This document shows positions 11,998-22,626 of a stretch of DNA of 64,000 nucleotides, piece after piece. Within the stretch, counting starts at the first letter, position 1, and the number at the start of each line of letters is the position of its first letter. Location: the NCBI RefSeq assembly GCF_030028105.1, contig NC_092375.1, positions 33,269,130 to 33,333,129 on the forward strand. The letters run 5' to 3'. Position numbers and translations under genes: made by a program. The stretch comes from Mobula birostris. Taxonomy: Eukaryota. The notes beneath the pieces were generated by a model that was given only the letters and a program-made list of their open reading frames with translations, did no database searches and was not told the DNA's origin.

Positions 11998-12475
11998 GAT
12001 GCACAGGCTGGGTAGGGTCTTTGATTCCACTAGCTTCTTTACTGAAGTAGGAAGTATAGTCCGTAAAGGAGACGCTGGTTCCTATGATGTGCTGTGTCCA
12101 CAATTCTACACAATTTACATGCCATTATGCATCCAGACAGGATGCTCTCTATGGTGCACCAATAAAAATTGGTGTCAATGGAGACATACCAAATTCCTTT
12201 CGCTTCCTGGTGATGACGTCAATGTGGTTTGACCAGGACGCATTATGAGTGATGTCCACTCCTAGGAACTTGAAGCTCTCAGACTCAACAATGTAGATAG
12301 CAGAGTGTGCACTGACCCCTCTTCTTGAGGTCAATGACCATATTTTGTGTTTTGCCGACATTGAGGGAAAGGTTGTTGTCATGACATCATGTCGTTAAGC
12401 TCTCTATCTCCTTCCTGTACTCTGACTCATCGTTAATAGAGACATGACCTTCTTCGGTTGTATCATCTGTATATG

Positions 12476-12554
12476 GGGTGGGTTTCCAACCTGGGGTCTG
12501 CAGACCCCTTGCTTAATGGTATTGGTCCATGGCATAAAAACATTGGGAACCCCT
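12476..12554. mobile_element. Short hAT-Charlie-type MITE inside the Rex LINE
   Basis: Ends gggtttccaacctgggg ... ttgggaacccctg (CAGGGGTTCCCAA-type TIR); interrupts the YxDD region of the LINE. Confidence 0.6.
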
Positions 12555-12757
12555 GCAGTGTAGATGGAGTTAGAACAGAATCTGGCCAAGCATCCAGGGT
12601 GCAGGGTACGGGGGCTTAGGACACAACTTTGTGGAGCAACATTGTTTAAAATAATTATTTCAGAGGTTTTGCTGCCTGTCCTTACTGAATGCGATCTGTT
12701 GGTCAGCAAGTCAAGGTTCCACTTGCACAGAGAGACATTGACTCCTAGGGTCTAAGA

Positions 12758-13210
12758 CATGGATAGGCCACCTACGGTGGTATTTTGACCGGCCCGCGAG
12801 CAAATATTGGGATCCTATGCTTATCCGGCCCACGAGCAATTTTTCCTCATTCTGAGTGTTTCACACGACCACACTGATGGACATGCATGGCGTCTTGTTA
12901 CACTGGCCCCATGTTCCGTTTTGTTCTAAACCAAACACTGGTATATACGAATGACGGGAAGGCAGACTACCCTGTTAATATGTATTAGATACTCTCCGTG
13001 CATGCGCAGGTTTTCAGATGGGATCATTCAAATTTGTAAACAGAAACAGCGTCACTGTGTTTCAACAAGAAATCCACGCTAACTATCCAGATATTTACGT
13101 GTGCTACGATACTTGTTGAATAACTCGTGTTTCGAAATAAAATCAAAGAAAAAAATTCCATTGGCAACGATTGCAAAACGCAGAAAGGTAGACGCTGAGT
13201 GCCGAAAAAG
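12758..13210 (+). mobile_element. hAT-Charlie/SPIN-type transposon 5' fragment
   Basis: TIR-like catggataggccacctacgg; subterminal ccggcccgcgagcaa repeats; transposase N-terminal motif AKRRKVDAECR. Confidence 0.7.
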
Positions 13211-13826
13211 CAGTGAAAATGAAGGAAATACCCGTGCCAGTCTCACCAGAATGAGATGGAACCACTCAGGAGTGGACCCAGAGGGCCAAGAAGAAACTGA
13301 TTTTTGCCTTTCAATATTTATGCTTAAAAAAAAAAAATCCTTTCACTTTTTCCTGCATCACAAAATTTATCCCAAATGTCCCCAATTTGAAGGCAACTTA
13401 AAAGATCAAACGTTTCTCTTGCCAAAGATTCTTCTGGACCATTCCAGAATTTTTGTTTTTTATTTATTCTTATCATTTCTCAGTCCCAAGTGCCTGCTAG
13501 CTGCTCCCATGCCCCTTCAACACTAACACATTCACTCCATTGCCTGGATCTGCCATAACAAAAGCAAAGTTCATTTACTTGTATCCAACGGCACATCCAT
13601 ACAGTCTGCTTTGCTTCCTAGTACAGGTCCTCCACTGCTTACAACAGGCTTCCAATCCCACGAACTGTCCACAAAACCAGCAGTTTGCAAGTCCAAAATG
13701 CAGGCACAGAGTTCCCACAGGCAGCCCCACAACGGTCAATAAATCCTCACTGCCTGGTCTCCCAGATTCTTGTTCGTATGTATGGCCTACATACAAGTCT
13801 ACCGTTCATAAGCTGGGGAAGACCTA

Positions 13827-13883
13827 CAGTACTGTGGAAAAGTCCTTGGCTCATCTATGGAGCTAGACTTTTGCACAGTACTG
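13827..13883. mobile_element. Tiny Tc1/mariner-type MITE
   Basis: TA-CAGTACTGTGGAAAAGTC...GACTTTTGCACAGTACTG-TA. Confidence 0.75.
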
Positions 13884-14300
13884 TATTTGTCAGCATGGAG
13901 TGGACAGAGACTTGGGAAATCTGGCGGGAGTATACAATGTTGGGAATGGTGAGAGTGGAGTGCCGCGAGAGGGGTGTGGGACAGGTGGCAGAGGACTGCC
14001 AGTGGCTGGGGGGGGGGGGGGGTCACAGGGGTTGCAGACACACCCAGCCCTGAGACTCCAGGCAAGGTCATTTGATTCCAAACAATTGGTTTATTGATCA
14101 TTACAGAATGTCTCTCTCGGTGCTTCCTGCTCCCCCCCCTTCCTCTTTCCCCCAACCACAATTCCTCTCTTCCTGCCCGCTTCCCAATCTCAGTCCACAA
14201 TAAAGACCCATATCAGAATCATGTTTATCATCACTCACATGTCATGAAATGTGTGGGGTTTTTTTTGCAGCAGTACAATGCAACAAATAAAATTACTATA

Positions 14301-14362
14301 CAGTAGTACTGTGCAAAAGTCTTAGGCACAGTATATGTGCCTAAGACTTTTGCACAGTATTG
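14301..14362. mobile_element. Tiny palindromic Tc1/mariner-type MITE
   Basis: agtactgtgcaaaagtcttaggcaca-gtata-tgtgcctaagacttttgcacagtatt; TA flanks; same TIR as 13827. Confidence 0.85.
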
Positions 14363-15629
14363 TAGAGTTAGATTGTTAGAATCCAACACATACTGATTCA
14401 CTTTCATATTCCACAAGTACAGTTACTGACAAGCCCACCCATAAGATTTTGATACATTCTTTAGTGCATTGTAAAACATAAATCAGTATCAACCAAAAGA
14501 AAAATATTTCTGCAGACTTAAAAGAAAAATGCATTTCTTGTCCAAATAGTAAAAAACATGCTTTCATTTTTTAAAATTAATCAACATATTTATTGCAAAT
14601 GTAATTTTGTAATTAATTTTTGGTCCAAAAAAAACAGAACACTTCACGAATCAGTACATCATCCTTTCACAGGGACAATACTATTCTTCTCGGTATCATT
14701 TCAGTTTTAGTATGTGTCGTGTTATTCACTTAACATTCAACGTTCCCAAGTGCTCAAATATTGAGGCTGAAGTAATTGATTTAAGTTCTACTCTCTCAAC
14801 TTCAGAGCAGTGTTAAATGATAAAACTGAAGAAACAATTCCAGCATAGTACTAGCAAATCTCTTTGGAATTGTACACAGATTAATCTCAAGTTGATTGTA
14901 AAGGCTGAGCAAAGGTACAGGGCAAATGGCAAAAAGCCCAAATATATACAAATATGGAAAGGCAAATGTGAAAAGGACAAGGGGAAGGACCACAAGAGGA
15001 ATATGTGGGTGGGACAGTGCAGTTAGGCCTTAGAAAATCCTACTGAGAGGAGAGGCTACAAATGACTAATATCAGAAATATGATATAAATCAGAAAATAC
15101 TTACAATAAAATCTTGTAACCTTGTGGCCCTGTAGGTCTAGATTCTCATTGGTGACAAGGGGAGTTCAGCTCCATTACAAATATTGACAAGCCAGTTTTG
15201 AACTTTTAAACAAACATGCAAAATGGAATCCAGCAGGATGATTGCAGTGAGTTCTTGAGGTTAGCTAGTGGTTTGGGAGGTGGGAGGAGGGGTGAAGTGG
15301 GGCTGGGGCAGAAAGACCTGCCCTTTACTGAATTGAAGGGGCACTTGTACAGTAACAATTCTTTGATCAGCTCCAATAAAAGTATAAAATTCAGCATCAA
15401 CTGTTCAAAAAAAGATTTAAAATCAACTGTTGCTTGAAATCCACAAAGAGTGAACAAATTAGTTTGCTTGATTATTAAAATAGAAAATGCTAAGTGCACC
15501 TATGATGGAAGAGATCAAATAGTTAACGTTTAGCTAGTAAATGATTTCCCTCTTAGAGCCTTTTGCACTCCTTTTTTCATACATTTAACTCATTCCCTTT
15601 TAAATGATTTCCTCATGTCTGCTTCAATT

Positions 15630-15915
15630 GTGAAACACTCAGTGCAATGCTGTGCAGCAGCAGCAAGATCAAGGTTCAATTCCTGCCTTTGTCTGTAAAG
15701 AGTTTGTATATTCTGCCCCATGGCCGAGTGAGTTTCCTCCAGCACTCCGATCTCCTCTCACATTCCAAAGATGTACTGTTAGGGAGAGCTGTGGGCACAC
15801 TATGTTGCTGCTGAACGTGTGGTGACACTTGTACAATCCTCACTGATTTGACGAAAAAAGACACATTTCACTGTATCTTTCAATGCTCATGACAAATTAA
15901 GCCAATCTTTAATTT
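15630..15915 (+). mobile_element. tRNA-derived V-type SINE
   Basis: B-box-like ggttcaattcc followed by a V-domain-like ctgtaaagagtttgta..tttcctccagcactccg..cacattccaaaga. Confidence 0.75.
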
Positions 15916-16724
15916 TTATTTTCCGATTTCATTTCCTGTCTTCCCTATTACATAATCTCATTTCAAATCTTTAGTCATGCAACCATTTTTTCCGTGTATC
16001 CTAATTTTGTTAAAATTCTTTGTGAAACGTCTAAAACCTTCAGAAAATCCACATAACGAGTAAATTGTTTCTTTATGAACATTTTCTGTTATGATATCAA
16101 AAAATTCAGTTTAATGAAGTATGATTTCCTTTTATAAACCTGTACTGGATCTCTGTATATTCCTATTGTTCCAATTGCCATTTCTAATTCCATTAATATC
16201 TTTCTCGTATCCAAGACTACAGTAAACTTTTTTTGTTATCACCACCCCTGTGGCCCAACAACAACTGAGGATAAACTCAATCTGAAGATAATTTATTTAC
16301 TTTAACCATGGTCAGCCTTTTAAGTGGCGACGTTCTCCCTATCTATTACCACTATGGCCTCCCATCCGATTAAGATTTTGGCACCATCCTTACAAGGTCC
16401 AGACCAATTCAAAATTCTCATTAAGTATCAATCATGCTATCCCCCTTTATCCATAAATCATTGTATTGGTCCCTACTTAGCCATGCCCCTCTTGCAAACA
16501 CACATATTAGTTACATGCTGACCGAGGACTTTTAGCTCTTGCTTTCACCAAATTTTTCTAGTGTCAGGTCTTAATTTCTTTCTAACTCCCTTCTCCTTTT
16601 ACTAAACCTGTCTCACACCTAAGTTGTTCACTTAATCTGCACCACATCTTGTTTAATAATACACTTTCTCCTTTTTGTCTTTCAGTTTTGACACTGGCTC
16701 CCTTACCCTTCCATCCTAAGGAAG

Positions 16725-17833
16725 CATGGTATCCAAGGGGACATTGCTTTGTGGATCCAGAACTGGCTTGCCCACAGAAGGCAAAGAGTGGTTGTAGATG
16801 GGTCATATTCTGCATGGAGGTCAGTGACCAGTGGTGTGCCTCAAGGATCTGTTCTGGGACCCCTACTCTCCGTGATTTTCATAAGTGACCTGGATGAAGA
16901 AGTGGAGGGATGGGTTAGTAAGTTTGCTGACGACACAAAGGTTGGGGTGTTGTGGATAGTGTGGAGGGCTGTCAGAGGTTACAGCGGGACACTGATAGGA
17001 TGCAAAACTGGGATGAGAAGTGGCAGATGGAGTTCAACCCAGATGTGTGAGGTGGTTCATTTTGGTAGGTCAAATATGATGGCAGAATACAGTATTAATG
17101 GTAAGACTCCTGGCAGTGTGGAGGATCAGAGCGATCTTAGGGTCCGAGTCCACAGGACACTCAAAGCTGCTGTGTAGGTTGACTCTGTGGTTAAGAAAGC
17201 CTACGGTACATTGGCTTTCATCAAATGTGGGATTGAGTTTAGGAGCCAAGAGGTAATGTTGCAGCTATATAGGAACCTGGTCAGACCCCACTTGGAGTAT
17301 TGTGCTCATTTCTGGTCGCCTCACTACAGGAAGGATGTCGAAACCATAGAAAGGGTGCAGAGGAGATTTACAAGGTTGTTGCCTGGATTGGGGAGCATGC
17401 CTTATGAGAATAGGTTGAGTGAACTTGGCCTTTTCTCCTTGGAGTGATGGAGGATGAGAGGTGACCTGATAGAGGTGTACAGATGATGAGAGGCATTGAT
17501 CGTGTGGATAGTCAGAGGTTTTTTGCCAGGGCTGAAATGGCTAACATGAGGGGGCATTGTTTTAAGGTGCTTGGAAGTAGGTACAAGGGGGATGTCAAAG
17601 GTAAGTTGTTGTTGTTTACACAGAGGGTGGTGAGAATGTGGAATGGGCTGCCGACAACGGTGGTGGAGGTGGATATGATAGGGTCTTTTAAGAGACTCCT
17701 GGACAGGTACATGGAGCTTAGAAAAATAGAGGACTATGGGTAACCCTATGTAATTTCTAAACTAAGGACATGCTTGGCACAACTTTGTGGGCCGAAAGGC
17801 CTGTATCGTGCTGCAGGTTTTCTACGTTTCTAT
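16725..17833 (+). mobile_element. 5'-truncated CR1 LINE (RT core to 3' tail)
   Basis: SGVPQGSVLGP, KFADDTK, LVRPHLEYC; tail ttctacgtttctat. Confidence 0.95.
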
Positions 17834-18004
17834 CCCTGTAGAGTGAAGGAATTCCAAGCCTGTTCTTGGAACAAATTGAAAATGTTTGATTGGGTTTCTA
17901 TCCCAACCATATGCAAACTAGTCCCTTTGAAGTCAGATCTTCTCCAGTTAAAGAAATTCTGTTCAAACTCCCCTTGCCCTTCTCCATTAATAATCTAAGC
18001 CTTA

Positions 18005-18290
18005 CTCTGTGATCTCCGTTCGCAAGTGAGTGCTGTGACAATTTGCCCCGCTGTGTGATACACAGAGGCTGAGGCTGTGACTTCGAGTCTATGGACTCAC
18101 TTTCATTCTGAATGATACTGCTTGCTTTTATTGTTTGCACAATGTGTGTGTTTTTGTTCCTCTCTCTGACCATTGGGTGTTTGTTAGTCTTTTTTTTAAA
18201 AAAGGAGTTCTTGTTTTGTGGCTCCCTGTAAGGAGACAAATTTCAAGGTTGTACAGTTTATACATACTTTGATAATAAATGGACTTCGAA
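18005..18290 (+). mobile_element. Old non-coding retroposon fragment ending in a Rex-type 3' UTR
   Basis: 3' end ..tactttgataataaatggacttcgaac resembles the LINE end at 43940-44020. Confidence 0.5.
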
Positions 18291-18674
18291 CACGCACACA
18301 CGGTTCTCAGAAGCACATACAGAAAATTCACAGGGCTGTAAACACCCAAAGAGGACTGTCTTGAACACACTTCCACAATTGTTCCTCTTTGACTTTTGCT
18401 GCATTTCTCCTGCACTCCCGTTACTTGGAGGCAACAGAATACTGCGGGCAAGATGAAAGCCACACCATTTCCTTTACTTCCATTCCCCCCAAAAAAACTA
18501 CTTATTTCAAAAGAACATTATATGTAGCCAGAACCTTATCTCTGTGTTAAAAGCAGTTCCGTTAAATTGAACAGGGGAGTCAGGGAAGAATATTACATCA
18601 GGCAATGGAAGATTGAGAGCAAAATAAAGCACTTAGTTATTTTCGTTTATTGTTTTTAATATTTTAATTTTCAG

Positions 18675-18868
18675 AGGTACAGCACTGCAACAGCCCATGT
18701 AACCAATTAATCTACTAACCTGTATTCTGGAATGTGGGAGGAAATCCGACCACCCAGAGGAAACCCACACAGAATGTGCAAACTTCTTACAGCTGGTGAC
18801 GGAATTGAACCCGGCTCGCTGGCACTAACAATAGCATTACGCTAAGCACTACGCTGCCGTGCTGTCCA
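18675..18868 (-). mobile_element. tRNA-derived V-type SINE
   Basis: Revcomp has A-box-like cggcagcgtagtgcttagc, B-box gggttcaattcc and V-domain gggtttcctctgggtggtcggatttcctcccacattcca. Confidence 0.8.
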
Positions 18869-19411
18869 ATTTGTGAAAAATATTGAAAAAAGACCACGCT
18901 GCTCACTATCCAGTCGTATTATGCAATGAGTTTACTGCTTGGCTGTTCCTGCTGCCATAAATAATTTGCATTGGGCTATTGCGCCAGGGGTCATGCAGTT
19001 ATCCAGTACCTCAGTGAAATATACAGTTACTTTTGCAAACTATAAGAAACAGTGGGCCTTTTGAGCAAGGTAGGCACCCAAACCAAGTCAAATTCGATCA
19101 TAACCTGATGGCCATGAACTTCTCAGGCAAGGAGGAGGGGCTTATTTCTGTGCAGGCACCTGAGTACACTGGCAAACTCTGAGTTTAATTCTCTTTACAA
19201 TTAGTGATTCTTCAAACACATTACCAAGGCTTCTATGTATAGAAGCATTTCATCATCTCAATAGACTTATTCTGCATCCCCTTATTGTGTGATGTCGACT
19301 GGGCCCATGCAAATATTTGTATTACATGTAATTATAGATGAACACATTTAAAATTTAAATCTCATCTACACTACTGTAATTCAACCTTATTTGGGAAATG
19401 TCATGCAAAGT

Positions 19412-20079
19412 TGTAGCAGTTATAGCATGAACATGCATTCTGTATTGCACAATAATGAGTGCACTTACAACAGTAAAGGAAGTAAGGAATTGAGGATATA
19501 AAAAAATAATTTTGAATCTATGTAACCTCTGGCTAAAAGAATAATTGGGACTGAATAGGAATTTTTGAATTGAAGCAAACTCTGTCTTCAGCAGTTAGCT
19601 AAAACTGGCTTATACTAGTTCTCCCTTGGTTTGCAGAGCCATTGAGAGTTTGCTAACATTGTACATTGTACCCTTGTTTGAGTAGGGAGAGGAGGACTCA
19701 CCAATAAGGACAGGAATGAAGATCCATCTGTAATTAAGTCAAGGCCTAGCAAAGGGAATAACTGAAAAGGACTGGACAGCACGTCCATCTGTAATTAAGC
19801 CTTGATCTAGTGGACTCTCTTATCTGTAACTAAGTTTCTCACCAACAGGCTTGGTGGGCGTACCAGTTCAAATGACATCTTGCAACAGTAATGTATGGGG
19901 CTTACCGTGTATAAATATAAGGCTGTAACCTGACTAAGTGGGCCCACTTGTCAGATGGTGGCAGTACTTACGTGCCTTCCCTCTGACAAATGGGTCTCAA
20001 ACTCCTGCAGGAGGGTGCGCAATGAACTTGTAACTTAAGAAGTTGATCTCCCGAGTTTCATTCAGATTCAACTTTAACA
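19412..20079 (+). mobile_element. Probable solo LTR
   Basis: TG...TTAACA ends with an imperfect 5-bp flank (aaagt/gaagt); repeated tccatctgtaattaag motif; TATAAA at 19910; hairpin 19941-19996. Left boundary uncertain. Confidence 0.6.
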
Positions 20080-21877
20080 GAAGTTATTAAATGAAAGAAC
20101 ACAAAAATACATATATTTCCTAAAATATCATAAATTAGTTAGCGTGCCTAAGGACTGATAAAGCAAAAAGTTTCATAATGTATGTCAGTGATAATAAATA
20201 CGATTCTAAAACAGCTAGTCTAATATTTAGATTCAAGATGGGTGAAATAAATCCAAGGAATGATAAAACTCACATTTTCAAAAATATTTCAAGACTAATG
20301 AATAACGTTTGAGAATGTGATCCGGAGACAAGCATCAGAATGGATTATTGAATGGCTTCAAGTCTAAAAACAGTATGGGAGTAAGGAGGAGCTATTTAAG
20401 TACAAGGAAGTGGGTGGGAGTGTTCTATTGGGATTGAGACCACTGTTGTTCACAATTTATAGTCATTAAGTCAAAGAGCACTGCAGTACAGAATATGCCT
20501 TTGGCCAATCTAATCCATGACAAACTGCTATTCTGTCTCATCTCATTTATCTGCATCCGAACTATAGCTCACTATACACCCTCAAAACTATGTACTTACC
20601 CAAACACCTCTTAAGTGTTGCAACAAACCCACATCCACCACTTCTGCTGGCAGCTTGTTCCACATTCCCACGACTGACGTTCCTCCTCAGGTTCCTCCTA
20701 ATATTTCAGCTGTCACCCTTAACCTATGACCTCTATAGGCCTCAAAGTTTTGTACACCTCTATCAAATCTCCCCTCATTCTCTTACTCTCCAGCAGATAA
20801 GGTCTTACTCTATTCAATCTGTCCTCACAACTCAGGTCCTCAACTCTCAGCAACATCCTTGTAAATTTTCTCTGTATCTTATTGACATCTTTCCTGTAGG
20901 TTGATGACCAGAACAAATACTGCATATTTGGCCTCAGCAACATCTTGTACAACTTCAACATAACATCCCAGCTCCTGTAGTCAATGCTTTGACTTATGAA
21001 GGCCAATAGCTCTCTCTACAAACCCATCTACCTGTGACGCTACTTTCAAGGAACTATGGATATGTACTCTCAGATCCCTCTGTTCACCATGTAAATCCTA
21101 CTCTGGTTTATCCTCTTCACACTTTTTGTATTAAATTCCATCTGCTATTTTTCAGCACGTCTTCTAGCTGGTCTAGACCCCAGTGCAAGCTCTGCGAGCC
21201 TTCCTCACTGTCCTCTACACTGAAAACCTTGCTGTCATCACAATTACGCTGATCCAATTTACCACATCATATTCCCCATCTCTTTGGGCTCCACAGGAAA
21301 ACGACCACCACTGATCTTCAGGTAGACCAATTTTGCCATCCTTTTGCTCTGAATATCACTGTAGATGTTACTGGGATTCTTCTTTACCATATTTGACAAA
21401 GCAACCTCATGCCTTCTTTTAGTCCTCCTGATTTCCCTCTTACATGTTCTCTTGTATTTCTTATACTCCTCATGAAACACCTCATTTGTTCCTTGCTGCC
21501 TATACTGCTGGGCATCTCATCCTTCTTCTTAACTAGGGCCCCCAAAATACTTTGAAAACCAAGGTTCCCTAAACTGGTCAGACTTGCCTTTTACTCTAAA
21601 TAAAACATAAAGCACAAACTCCATACTCACAATATTTCACTTTTGAGGGCAAAGTCCTTTCTGATGTCATCAAAATTGGCCTTTCTTCAATTTTGAATCT
21701 TAACCTGAGGACCAGTCCTATCCTTCTCCATAATTAACTTAAAGCTACAGCAATGATGTCCACTAGATCCAAAGCATTTCCCTACACATACTTCTATCCC
21801 CTGCTCTGTTGCTTATATTAATAAGAGATCCCATATCACACCTCCCCATATTGATCAAGGCAACTTCTGTGAGTACA

Positions 21878-22497
21878 GTGGGAGGAGAAGATGGCGGCGC
21901 GCCAGTGTGTGCGCAGCCCTCCGGTGAAAAATGATATCGTATCTGTGAAAAAGGGGCCGTGGACAATTCTGATTTGATGGAGAATGGACATGAAAGCACA
22001 GAGGAACATCTGGAGAAATTTCTGAAACGCCCGTTCGCTGCTGTTGTTACTGTGTGGTTGGGAATCTTTCGGAGGGTAGGCCTCAAAATCCCCGGCCTTG
22101 CCTGCTTTTGGCGACCGAGAAGGAGGTCGAATCATTTGGACAGAGATGGTGCTCAGTACTCGGCGTCGGAGAGCTGACCAGAGCTCGAAGTTTTCAGATG
22201 ACTCAGAGTCGGATTGTGGTCGGCATGGCAGGGAGAGTTTTTCTTCCTTCTCCCGTCTGCGTGAGATGTGGGACATTTGAGAAACTTTGAACTTTACTGT
22301 GCTCACGGACTTCTTCATCAAGTTATGGTATTGTTACACTGTTTGTAACTATATGTTATAATTATGTGGTTTTGTCAGTTTTTTCAGTCTTGGTTTGTCC
22401 TGTGTTTTGTGATATCGTACCGGAGGAAATAATGTATCATTTCTTAATGCATGCATTACTAAATGACAATAAAAGAGGACTACGTGTCTTCATAATC
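21878..22497 (+). mobile_element. Non-autonomous non-coding retroposon, copy 1 (full length)
   Basis: Head ggaggagAAGATGGCGGCGC; AATAAA plus GAGGAC..GTCTTC hairpin and ataatc tail; homologous to 26996 and 46781. Confidence 0.85.
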
Positions 22498-22572
22498 ATT
22501 TGACAAACACTTATCCCATTCAGTCCATTTACAGTGTGGGAGTCCCAGTCAATGTGAAAAAGTTAAAATAAC

Positions 22573-22626
22573 GGGGCCGGCTGGTGGCACAATGACATTG
22601 GCGCCGGACCCGGGAGCGGAAGTTCG
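22573..22626 (+). repeat. tRNA-like SINE head fragment
   Basis: ggggccggctggtggcacaatg (A-box-like) ...gttcg, truncated at the B box. Confidence 0.4.

Larger units (their letters stand above)
11650..12755 (-). mobile_element. Decayed Rex1/Babar-type LINE (RT and 3' UTR)
   Basis: APQSCVLSP, CLARFCSNSIY and ESFKFLGVDIT..SWSNHI motifs. Confidence 0.75.

Noticed and set aside
13890-14200. G-rich/C-rich segment that looks like an interspersed repeat
   Set aside because: Single occurrence here with no TIR, TSD or coding motif that I can define, so it is left unannotated.
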